A stretch of DNA of 64,000 nt from Octopus sinensis. Taxonomy: Eukaryota. The stretch is taken from positions 53,568,001-53,632,000 of the forward strand of contig NC_043009.1 of assembly GCF_006345805.1 (NCBI RefSeq), written 5' to 3'. Of this stretch, positions 41,536-52,165 are shown piece after piece; position 1 is the first letter of the stretch, and every line of letters begins with the position of its first letter. Made by a program: the position numbers and the translations under genes. The notes under the pieces are model-generated. The model saw only the letters and a program-made list of their open reading frames with translations. It did no database searches and was not told the origin of the DNA.

Positions 41536-41599
41536 GGAAGCCACGGGCGCGAGCCCGGGTGAAGCAGACCGCGGGTGCAGATCTCGGTGGTAGTAGCAT
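41536..41599 (+). rRNA. 28S: Isolated ~64-bp 28S rRNA fragment (non-functional)
   Basis: GAAGCC..GGGCGCGAGCCCGGGTGAAGCAG.CCGCGGGTGCAGATCTCGGTGGTAGTAGCA matches the conserved LSU segment ...GGTGCAGATCTTGGTGGTAGTAGCAAATATTC. Confidence 0.85.
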
Positions 41600-41702
41600 A
41601 TATATATATGCTATTAAATTGTCAATTGAATCCCTCTGTTTAATTTATTGTTCATACACACACATACACACACACATACATACATAAATATACATACATA
41701 CA

Positions 41703-41738
<36 letters not shown>

Positions 41739-41774
41739 TGTATATATATATATATAAACTTTGATATTTGGATA

Positions 41775-42300
41775 GGTTTCGGGTTTCGGGTTTCGGCTAG
41801 TATTGTGCTGTAATATTGTTATGTGATGCAAGTATGATTTATGTTGTTGACGGATAGCAAAAGGTCCAAGTCTTAGATATATCTCAAAGGCAATGCCAAC
41901 GTCATTTTGGGAAATGCTAATGGAATATTTTCCACATCATGCAGATGATGTAGCGCTCATGGCGGCGTTGGAGAGAATAAAGATTGAGCTTTTTTAATAG
42001 GAAAATGGCAATTCCACTCATCGTTCTGTCGACTTGATCCGCGCAGATGATTGTGTAATTTTCACTTTCACTTCGGCTTCCAAGTGGGAGTTGTCAAGGC
42101 GGGTCTCGGTAAGAATCAAGAAATGGATGTAATATGGATGGTTACCAACCCAATCCTCAATAAATTGGATCTTCTATTTTTGTGCATTGATGGAGGGAAT
42201 GATACGTTGTACATTGAGCAGAAATATGGAGGCTAGCGTAGTGGCAGGTTTTGACTTGTTGCGGAAGCGTTTTTTCTGATTGTGTGTTAGTCGAATTTTA
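41775..42300 (-). mobile_element. Internally deleted CR1-clade LINE (APE N-terminus fused to ORF2 C-terminus, (CCGAAAC)n tail)
   Basis: LLNVQ..ILTETRLDNSHLEAEV..NYTII, then KKLNLYSLQRRHERYIICMMWKIF. Confidence 0.7.
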
Positions 42301-42749
42301 TTTAGTGGTTCATAGTTCATAGTCTTATACGTTTATCATCAACTAATATTAGTAGTAAAGATAATTTTAAAGAATAATATGTACCACTTAACAGTGGGGA
42401 ATCTGCTAAATATTACAGATAAGGATAAATGAAAGAATCTGCCGGTGGTCTGGCTTTAGGTTTGCAGGAAATAAGGGGTATTCTCATGTCAGAGACGAAC
42501 TAAATTAAATGAAAAAGGTGGCTAGCGTAGTGACACTCCCTCGACGCCCATTTGATTGAACGAATATACTGGCAGCGCTTGGGAGAAGTGGGCTTTAAGC
42601 TGTGTTTACGACGGATGTATGTACGTATGTATGTACGTATGTATGTACGTATGTGTATATGCATGTGTATGTATATGTGTATGTGTGTATATACACACAC
42701 ACATTTGTAGGGTCGAGGATATTTTCCAGAGCCATTTTTGTGCCGCCGT

Positions 42750-42960
42750 TGGTACGCCGGGCGAAATGCGTAGTCGTATTTCGTCTGCCGTTATGTTCTG
42801 AGTTCAAATTCCGCCGAGGTCGACTTTGCCTTTCATCCTTTCAGGGTCGATAAATTAAGTACCAGTTGCGCACTGAGGTCGATGTAATCGACTTAATCCC
42901 TTTGTGTGTCCTTGTTTGTCCCCTCTGTGTTTGGCCCCTTGTGGGTAGTAAAGAAGTATA
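42750..42960 (+). mobile_element. SINE family B
   Basis: GTTCTGAGTTCAAATTCCGCCGAGGTCGACTTTGCCTTTCATCC. Confidence 0.85.
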
Positions 42961-43041
42961 TATGTTATCGCCGATTCGACGTTGACTATTTGACGTCAGG
43001 CGTTTTAATGCTTGTCTCATTCTCTCCGCCTCTTTGTCTCT

Positions 43042-43072
<31 letters not shown>

Positions 43073-43674
43073 ACTCCCTCTATCTCTATCCCAGTCTTGT
43101 TCTCTGTATGTACTTGGTTTTGTACGCGTCCACGTGCGTTTGCATCTTGTGCCAAAATATATTATTTCTAATCAGTCGTGCCAAATTGTCAGTCTTCGAA
43201 ACAATCACTCCTAAGCCCAGTTCGAATTTCTTGTGTATACAGTGTTTAGAGACATAGAGACACTCATAACTATGTTCGGTGCGTTGTAAACCATATGACG
43301 ATACAAAGATTCTAAATCAATTTCATATATTAATAGTGAGACTCATATAAAATCTGCAGTTGAAAGGCTTCGGATCATCTTACAATTTTTTGTTACGTTA
43401 TGTATAATTATGAATGAGTGTGTGCGTGGTGTGTATCTATAAATATGTTTGCGATCATATGATTTCGCATATGTGACCGCACGCTTGAGTGTACATCTGT
43501 CGATGATTATGTGGCAGGAATACTAGAACTGTTACATACTAGGGTCGATATAATCGACTTAATCCGTTTGTCTGTCCTTGTTTGTCCCCTCTGTATTTAG
43601 CCCCTTGTGAGTAGTAAAGAAACAGGTATTTCGTCTGTCTTTACTTCTGATTCATATATATATATATATAATAT

Positions 43675-43721
<47 letters not shown>

Positions 43722-43749
43722 ATATAAAATATCTATATCTATTATGTAT

Positions 43750-43809
<60 letters not shown>

Positions 43810-43817
43810 TATGTGTG

Positions 43818-43859
<42 letters not shown>

Positions 43860-43861
43860 GC

Positions 43862-44120
43862 GGCGCATTGGCCCAGTAGTTAGGGCCGCGGACTCGCGGT
43901 CGTAGGATCACGGTTTCGATTCCCAAACGGGCGTTGTGTGTTTATTGAGCGAAAACACCTAAAGCTCCACGAGACCCTACTGTACTCTCTTCGCCACAAC
44001 TTTTCCTCACTCTTTATTCTGTTGGCCTGCTCGCTTAGCCAGCGGGGTGGCGACATTTTAAGGTTAAAACAATGCGTAGCGCATTGTGACCAGCGATGTG
44101 TAGCAACATCTGATAGCCTG
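43862..44120 (+). mobile_element. tRNA-derived SINE (family A variant)
   Basis: GGCGCATTGGCCCAGTAGTTAGGGCCGCGGACTCGCGGTCG..GGTTTCGATTCCC..GAGCGAAAACACCTAAAGCTCC. Confidence 0.8.
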
Positions 44121-44134
44121 GTCGATCACGTGAT

Positions 44135-44194
<60 letters not shown>

Positions 44195-44918
44195 GGAATA
44201 TTTTTCAAAAGAAAATAGAAACTACACGTGGAAAAGGTATGAGGAAAGTAAGAAGAAAAAATCCGAAAATGCACATTGGCTATCAAAAAAATAAAGGATA
44301 TTTTATGAAAGTGCAACATTAATTGGTCCATAGTTAGACATGCAAAACCATACAATATAATTTCCAGGAGATGCCGTCTCTGCTCCGAGGAAGCCATGTC
44401 CATTCTGTGGACTAACGGGAAGGTAATTAAAAGAATTTCTGAACGACTATCGAGATGCCTACACGCATATAAATGTATTTTCGCACAAAACTGTGAGAAT
44501 TAATTTTGAGTAACCGATGACTCAATGTAATTTAATTTACTTTAAAGTAAGGATGCCTTAAGTTTACTTTTAACCTCCCCATTCTTATAAACACCAAGTA
44601 AATAACGAACTCACTTTGTGGTCATGAGTGCACCACATCTCACGTGTGCGTATGCTAACATTTTTGCTGATGCTTGTTTGAGCGTGTGTACTCGTGCCAT
44701 GCAGCTTGCCCGAGGGTGTTTATACATCCATATGTGTTAGCGGTTATTTTCAATACTTTTCTCGCTGGATTACGTGTTCGTTTCTCTTTTTGTCTTCTGC
44801 AATCTTATTTTTGATCTATATATATGAAGATTTTCCCTCCCTCTGGCTGTTATTCTCTTTACAAAACAGAAAGTTTCATTGTGGAACAGTCATTTTAACG
44901 AGTTGTTTTTACTTTTTT

Positions 44919-45022
44919 ATCACCCGACGAGATACGCCTGAACCACCGGATACTCCTGAACCAGTTGTTGAGTGTCCCACAAGAGTAATCGATGCCAAAG
45001 GTGTCGAAACAACTGTCGGGAT
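44919..45022 (+). ncRNA. Degenerate hammerhead with long loop II
   Basis: ATCAC-CCGACGA-GATAC-n65-GTGTC-GAAAC-AACT-GTC|GGGAT. Confidence 0.55.
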
Positions 45023-45089
45023 TAATAATAAATTCTCGTATACTCCAAATTCTTTCATTTGATACATACATACAATCATACATACATAC

Positions 45090-45130
<41 letters not shown>

Positions 45131-45178
45131 TGGGTGTGTGGTATATATATGTATGTAGAATATATGTATGTAGATATA

Positions 45179-45216
<38 letters not shown>

Positions 45217-46105
45217 CGAAGAGAAGCAAGGGATAAAACCAATGTTGGGAGCGAATGATACGATGAAACGACGGCAACTTAACCTCCAACAACTACCGCA
45301 CTAAAGTTTTGACAGTTTCAACACCATGATGTCGAAATCTAACGTTAGCAATCTCAACAGCCATTGGATGCGGTTTTTAGGCAACTGATACATAGCCGAC
45401 GAAACGCAAAAATATGTATAACATATAGCAGAATCTGAATAACCGGAACAGAAAAAGAAACACGATGGGGGTGGGGGTGGAATGATATATGTTTAAAAGA
45501 TGTGAGTAGGACAAGGAATAGAAAAATACAGATGTGCCTAGAGTGAAATTGTATAACACATATATCTATTCGTGATAAAACTTGACAGTCAATTATGATG
45601 AAAATTAAAGGAGACTAAGCAAAACGACGAATGGTACAAGATCGACACTGATGTAAAACTAATACGATAATTGCTTGGACGATACCTTTAAGCAGTGTTG
45701 CACTTAATGAAATACGGTAAGGTAAGAGGAGGTTGCTTGGGGTGTTGAAAGATAAGAGAATGGATTGTAGTCAGCAGATTGGGGTGGGAAAAGTAGGAAG
45801 CTGGGAACGGAAGAAAGCAAATTAGATGGATACACAAAGATGACAAGTAGTAAGTGAAAGAGAAAGTGGATCACCTTTATAACAATTGCATTGTGTAGGA
45901 AACAATAGGTCCGTGTTCTTTGTCAGACACGTACGTAAAAAAGAAACACAACTCAAAAAAGACAGTTGGATGAAGCGAAGAAAATGAAAAATTTAGCCTA
46001 TATCAATCTATCTTTTTATGTATGTATGTATGTATGTGTATGTATGTTTTATGTATGTATGTATGTATCTATCTATCTATCTATTTATCTATTTATCTTT
46101 CTGTA

Positions 46106-46140
<35 letters not shown>

Positions 46141-46156
46141 GTCTATATATATAATA

Positions 46157-46191
<35 letters not shown>

Positions 46192-46196
<5 letters not shown>

Positions 46197-46723
46197 AGGG
46201 ACATTAGCCATTTGAATGTGGCTAGGGAGGGCAGGGCGGGGGGTTGTTACTGATGCATTTAGCCCCAGGCGATCATCAACGTCACCAGATAGGCTGACAC
46301 CATCACGGTGTCCTCTATCCTGCAAAGGAGATCATTCCCCGAAGAAGCGGATGCCACATACGGACCCAGGTTTCAAGGTATTTGCCTATCGTCAACGTAT
46401 GGCAGGCACCGCTCCTCGACGAAAACTTCCTGTGCAGGATATTTATATGTAGTTTTCACGTAAATACATTACTGATTGATCTGTTCGACAATCATGTCAC
46501 ACAGCATAATAATTCTCTAAACGAGATATAGACAGTAACTGCTCCATCACATAAGGGGCATTAGCCATTCGAATGTGGCTAGGGACCAGGCAGGGCGGTG
46601 GGGGTGTTACTAATGCATTTAGCCCCAGGCGATCATCAACGTCACCAGATAGGCTGACACCATCACGGTGTCCTCTATCCTGCAAAGGGAGATCATTCCC
46701 CGAAGAAGCGGATGCCACATACG
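46192..46723 (-). mobile_element. Retrozyme-like tandem element: one 361-nt monomer plus a 171-nt partial
   Basis: 46549-46723 repeats 46192-46362; the repeat boundary coincides with the hammerhead cleavage site. Confidence 0.75.
46346..46413 (-). ncRNA. Full-length type I hammerhead ribozyme with CAAAUA loop 2
   Basis: AGCGG-TGCC-TGC-CATACG-TTGACGA-TAGG-CAAATA-CCTT-GAAAC-CTGG-GTC|CGTATG-T-GGCA-T-CCGCT. Confidence 0.85.
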
Positions 46724-46744
46724 CTGCACAGGAAGTTGTTCATC

Positions 46745-47040
46745 GAGCTGCATGCACAGCGAAAAGGAATGAACAATGGCTAACTGAAAATGGGATCAAA
46801 AAGCTTCCTTGACCGAGCCAATCTCCTGGCATGAATCCAACTGAAAATCTTTGGAGCATCCTAGATAGAAGTATACGAAAAACTAGAGAGAAACCTATAT
46901 CTAAAGATGATTTGTTTCGATTGTTGCGTGAAAAGTGGGCAGAAATTCCACATGAGAAAATCACAAAGCTCATCAGTTCAATGCCAAAAAGAATTTCTGA
47001 ATTAAAAACTGAAAAGGGAATGTCAACTAAATATTGAAGT
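46745..47040 (+). mobile_element. Tc1-family transposase C-terminal fragment
   Basis: *PSQSPGMNPTENLWSIL...LISSMPKRISELKTEKGMSTKY. Confidence 0.88.
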
Positions 47041-47149
47041 ATGTAGTCCTACCTATCGATTACATTTCAATTGTTCACTTTGCGTATTATATAAAAGATT
47101 TTAAAAATTAAAGGTGTCATTTTACTGCCTTCATGTCTGTATTAGCTCA

Positions 47150-47340
47150 TACACGCATTTTTTCTCTCCTTCTTTCTCTCCTTGTTTCTTTTCTGTGTAC
47201 CATTCTGTCGAAGAGCGTAGGCTCGATACGTAAAATACTTTTTCTATTTCTATTCCTGATGGCTATACTAATACATTTGTTTGTTTGTACTCTACCTGCC
47301 TTCGTATTTTGTTTATTTTCGTAAACTTTCCCGTTTTATA
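47150..47340 (+). mobile_element. Short PLE-like repeat with decayed minimal hammerhead (47201-47236)
   Basis: CTGTCGA-A-GAGC-GTAG-GCTC-GATAC-GTA. Confidence 0.45.
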
Positions 47341-47351
47341 TATATATATAT

Positions 47352-47460
47352 TGCGCTAAAATTCGAGAACTAACCGACAGATTTCATTCAAATTTTACAC
47401 ATGTCTTAATAAGGGCCCATCAATGTTACGGGCCAAATAATGTTCAACTTCTTGGATAAT
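47352..47460 (+). mobile_element. Fragment related to the 146-bp Helitron unit
   Basis: CTAAAA..GAGAAC..ATTTCATTCAAATTTTACACATG shared with 7595-7645. Confidence 0.6.
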
Positions 47461-47789
47461 ACGAGACTGAAACATTCTCTTACCTCTTCCACTGTTTCCC
47501 TATTACTTGTCAAAAGTGAAACAATAAATAACATCTCTATCAATACTTTTATTATTATATGCTTTCAATTTCAATTAGTTTCATTATGTATGTATATGTG
47601 TGTATGTATGTTATGTATGTATGTATGTATGTATGTATGTATGTATGTATGTATGTATGTATGTATATATATATATATGTATATATTTATATCTTTGTAT
47701 ATGTATATATAGGTGTGTGTGTGTAGAAAGAAGACTCGCATATATGTGCATATTTGTTTATGTGCATATGTGCACCTGCTATTGTAGCC

Positions 47790-47975
47790 GCACCATTGCA
47801 CGACAATCGATGTTGCTGTGTTTATGCTTCCATAACTTAGCGGTTCGGCTAGAGACACTGATAGGATAAGTACTAGGCTTCCAAAGAATAAATTTTGTGG
47901 CCGATTTTTTCGACCAAAGGCGCTGCTTCAGCATTGCCGCAGTCATATTACTGAACAAGTAAAATAAAAAAAAAG
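47790..47975 (+). mobile_element. SINE family C, 3' half
   Basis: AACTTAGCGGTTCGGC..GATAGGATAAGTACTAGGCTT. Confidence 0.75.
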
Positions 47976-48017
47976 TATGGCATATCAATCCCGAAGACGG
48001 CCGAGTATTTGTGCTAG

Positions 48018-48048
<31 letters not shown>

Positions 48049-48093
48049 CATATGTATACATGAGTGGCTGTTTGGTAAGTAGTTTGCTTACCA

Positions 48094-48126
<33 letters not shown>

Positions 48127-48999
48127 TATATTGTATTATGTGGATTATAGATATATTTTCATTTATATCTGTCTAAATACGCACCATATTTCAATATTCA
48201 CAAACACGTTCACACGTGCTTACACACGCACGCACATTTATCGTCGTATGTAATAATATATATATCTATGTATGTCAAATCATGCGCATTGTTTTATATA
48301 TGTCAAAATCACGTCTAGACTGTGTCTTTACTTAGATCTGTGTTCTACTTTCAATATTTATGGTTATCTTTTTGTTTCCCTTTACACACACATATATACA
48401 CGCACATACACACGTACTCCTCTCATGTGCAATGCTGTCTCGTATAGATCAGAACGCAACAGTGGACAACAACAATACTAAATAACGCACATCGCTTACA
48501 AAGAAGATTTACAGCTCTATAATATTGATTTCTCTCTACGTTACTTACATCTTGTTTTCCTATCAAGACACAAATTTGGTCGATATATTATACATTAACA
48601 ATAAATGTGTACATAAACACGGAATCTATATCTATGAGGGGATATTTTATAGTATATCAGAATCGGTATTCACTACAAAAAAAAAACAACAAAACAACAC
48701 TACAACGTCAAAGACAGCAACAGTAACAACAACACAACAACAACAACAACAAACAAGTAAAAATAAAAATTCGGCCCCAAAAATCTGACAGAAAGGTTTT
48801 ACAGATACGGCAACAACAATATATAAAATGCATAACTTATTTCCGGTCAGCAGAAATAAGCAAAACACAAAATAGAGTAAATGATGCATAAAAGCAGAAA
48901 AATGTACTCCTGATATATATATATATATGAGTATATATACCTGAATGTGTATGTATGGATGTTTAAGTATATATATACATTCATGTGTATACATATCTT

Positions 49000-49047
<48 letters not shown>

Positions 49048-49668
49048 TATGTATATATATATATGTACATATGTATATTCGTGAATGTGTAGAACCATAC
49101 GGAAGCACACATACATGCACATATATGCACATATATTAGTCTTATAAAACAAGTTTCTCCTTTACTATTCTTGGATAATTATGAATAATATATAGGCAAT
49201 ATTAGAAAACTCATTGGATGATTAGCTAATGTGTACCCCCAAGCATTTTTTGCATGCTATTAAAAACTTGCAATGACTAACTGAAGTTTCGTTAGCAAGC
49301 GAGATTAAAGAGAAAAGGACAATGTGTATGAATAAATTATGGAAACGTAAATAATCTGGGATAGGAGAGGTTGTATGTATATAAAGATAATGCTTGGCTA
49401 TGAATAGAATATTATAAAGATAAGGCAGAGAAAATGAAATCTATTCATCTTGAATGATGTTAAATATGTGTGATGTAGGACGATATTTTTTTACAAACGA
49501 ACGCAAAAAGAAAAAAAAATTATTACTTTGCAAAACGATCCAGTAGTAAGAATTTTTTGAGCATAGAATATATTGTAGATGTCTTAGTTTTGCATCTATT
49601 TTTATCAAAATATAACATGCGCAAATAACTTACAGATTCCTCAATTCACCTCCCGTTCTCTTAGCAAT

Positions 49669-49702
<34 letters not shown>

Positions 49703-49707
49703 ATCTA

Positions 49708-49773
<66 letters not shown>

Positions 49774-50001
49774 TATATATATACATACATATATACGTAT
49801 TATATGCAAAAGGTTTAGAGGATAAGAAATTTTAACTTTCTTACCAAGTTTCAAATGCTTATCCCAGTGGCAAATATGTGTGTTTGTATATATATATATA
49901 TATATGAATAAATATATATATATATTTATTTATATATCTATTTATTTGTGTGTGTGTGTGTATATAACTTTGATAGGTTTTGACCAGTATAGACCCAGGC
50001 C

Positions 50002-50039
<38 letters not shown>

Positions 50040-50085
50040 ATGTGCAGAGAGAGAAAGAGAGAGAGATAGTATCATTACATGCTGG

Positions 50086-50297
50086 AAAATAAATACTCCA
50101 ATGAACATCCACAATAATAGACTTGATACGAAATAGCTGTAAGTTTTTTTTTCAAAATTACAGTAGGTTAATAGTGGATTATAGTCGACTATTAACCTAT
50201 TGTAATTTGGAAAAAACAACTTTTATTCACCGCGCCCGTATTACATCTATTTCGTATATAGGCTATTATTGTGGATATTCATTGCAGCATCTATTTT
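50086..50297. mobile_element. Palindromic MITE-like hairpin (~210 bp)
   Basis: TCCACAATAATAG..TACGAAATAG / CTATTTCGTA..CTATTATTGTGGA and TAGGTTAATAGT-n12-ACTATTAACCTA inverted arms. Confidence 0.7.
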
Positions 50298-50536
50298 TGA
50301 ACATATAAGGAAGTTACTACCTTCTTCTTTCTTTCCCTTTCTACATATGTTTATAAATATATGGAATACGTGATGAGTAAGTGCTATTATTGGTCATCCG
50401 TTAGGTTCCAAGCTCACAGCTGAGGCTGGAGCTAGGGATTCGTACTAGGCTTCCAAGACAGGTCGAGTATTACAGGTCATTTAGAGGATTTAATTAGAGG
50501 AAGGTGAATATAAAAAAAAATGTAAAAGTAATTAAT

Positions 50537-50611
50537 GTCTTACAGCTGTTTCTGGGATATCCCAGGTAGAGATCAACATTCTCATAAACAGAATATTCCT
50601 TCATCAGAAAC
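50537..50611 (-). ncRNA. Hammerhead ribozyme motif (GUA)
   Basis: GTTT-CTGATGA-AGGAATATTC...GGATATCCCA-GAAAC-AGCT-GTA|AGAC; palindromic ACAGCTGT stem III. Confidence 0.7.
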
Positions 50612-50886
50612 AAGGTGCGTATGCAGGAAAGTTCTAGACAGAGAATTCACAGCATATGAAAGAATAAAGCAGTAGATAGAAGATAGAAGAATATAGTTCA
50701 CAATTCATCTTATTCCAGAGAGTTTGGAATTCCGTGAAGGAATAACCCTTAATTGTAATATAATATAATATAATGCATTACTGATATTTTGAAACTTCTT
50801 CACCGTTTCTCGTACTGTTAGCGTTCCGCATTTCAGTCGAGTGTGTTAGTATTAATGTGGTAACATCGTAGATTTCGTCTTGGTAT

Positions 50887-50964
50887 ATGCTTGGCTGATG
50901 AAGGTAAAACAAAATATGGGTGAGAGACATATCTTGTAAAACCTGAAACCTGCAGGTCCCACAT
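50887..50964 (+). ncRNA. Hammerhead ribozyme (GUC), core intact
   Basis: TGG-CTGATGA-AGGT-AAA-ACAA-A-ATATG-n9-CATAT-C-TTGT-AAA-ACCT-GAAAC-CTGCAG-GTC|CCA. Confidence 0.85.
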
Positions 50965-51229
50965 TATCCTTTTCCGGGTGTTCATCTTTCAGATGTTCTC
51001 CCTGGAGGGAAGACGGTTTTTTTCTCTAATTTGTTGCACACAGCATTTTGCTAATACATACGCGGTGAAGTACACATTAGCGTCGTATTTTTACGTTCGC
51101 TATTTCCAGTAAATATCGGTACTTAGTTGTGCCATTTATTTACTAATTTGTGTATTTTTCCCTCACGGGCTACTTTTTACTGGAAGGCAATACTTTGTAT
51201 TGCATTACTGATATTTATATATATATATA

Positions 51230-51276
<47 letters not shown>

Positions 51277-51463
51277 CATACACACACACGAGGTACAGAA
51301 ATTTATTTATATATCGTCGTCTCAGCATAAAGATGGTAAGATAATTTCAGATTGAGTAGGTTGATTAACACACTTTATACCAACATAGAAACAAAATGTA
51401 CGTTGAAATGGATTTTGATAAAAATTGATATTAATAACAAGACATTTCTATTTGTGTGCATGT

Positions 51464-51509
<46 letters not shown>

Positions 51510-52165
51510 GAATATGTATGCAATCATATATGTAAGCAAAGTCAAACGCCACATTAATGTGGCTGTTGCATGTTACTACTATTTTAACCTCAGGCAGATC
51601 ATCCCCCAGCTTGTAATCGCTGCAAGGCTGCACTCTTTATACACAATGCGTATTGCCAGAGGGGTAGCGCACACCTACCTTCCACTAGCAGACAACAGGC
51701 TCACAAGACTGACCCAGATTTGAGCTGGTGGTTGATCCTGCGTCACAAGTACGTGGTCGCCAGAGGGTTAGCCAGGGTTCGCTCCAGCCAACAATATATT
51801 GTAAAGAAAGTCACCATCGATCACTATTGCGACTAAAGATGATGCCAGCTCAGAACTGAGACAGACTCGCGATCCTGTTGTCTACTAGGGGACAGCAGGG
51901 GTTCGCCACCCTCCTGCTAGTAGTATATATTGTATATAAAAAGTGCAGCGCTGCACATATAACCGGCTGGTGGAAGGTCTGCCTGGGGTTAAACTAGTAG
52001 TATTATAGAACATCCACTGTGAAGTGTCGATTGACTTTACTTGATAGAATAGTTTACTCCTCCGTCGTCGTCTTGAGATCTTACAACTACCTATCTTGCT
52101 TATATATATATACACACACACACACGTGCACACACACGCACACAAACACTCACACATACACACAC

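Noticed and set aside
41915-42030. Plus-frame HADDV as an RT YADD motif
   Set aside because: The opposite strand gives a much better CR1 ORF2 C-terminal match.
46380-46437. Minus-frame GSFRRGA resembling a tyrosine-recombinase H-x-x-R box
   Set aside because: The His is missing, stops follow immediately, and the region is better explained as ribozyme stem I and flank.
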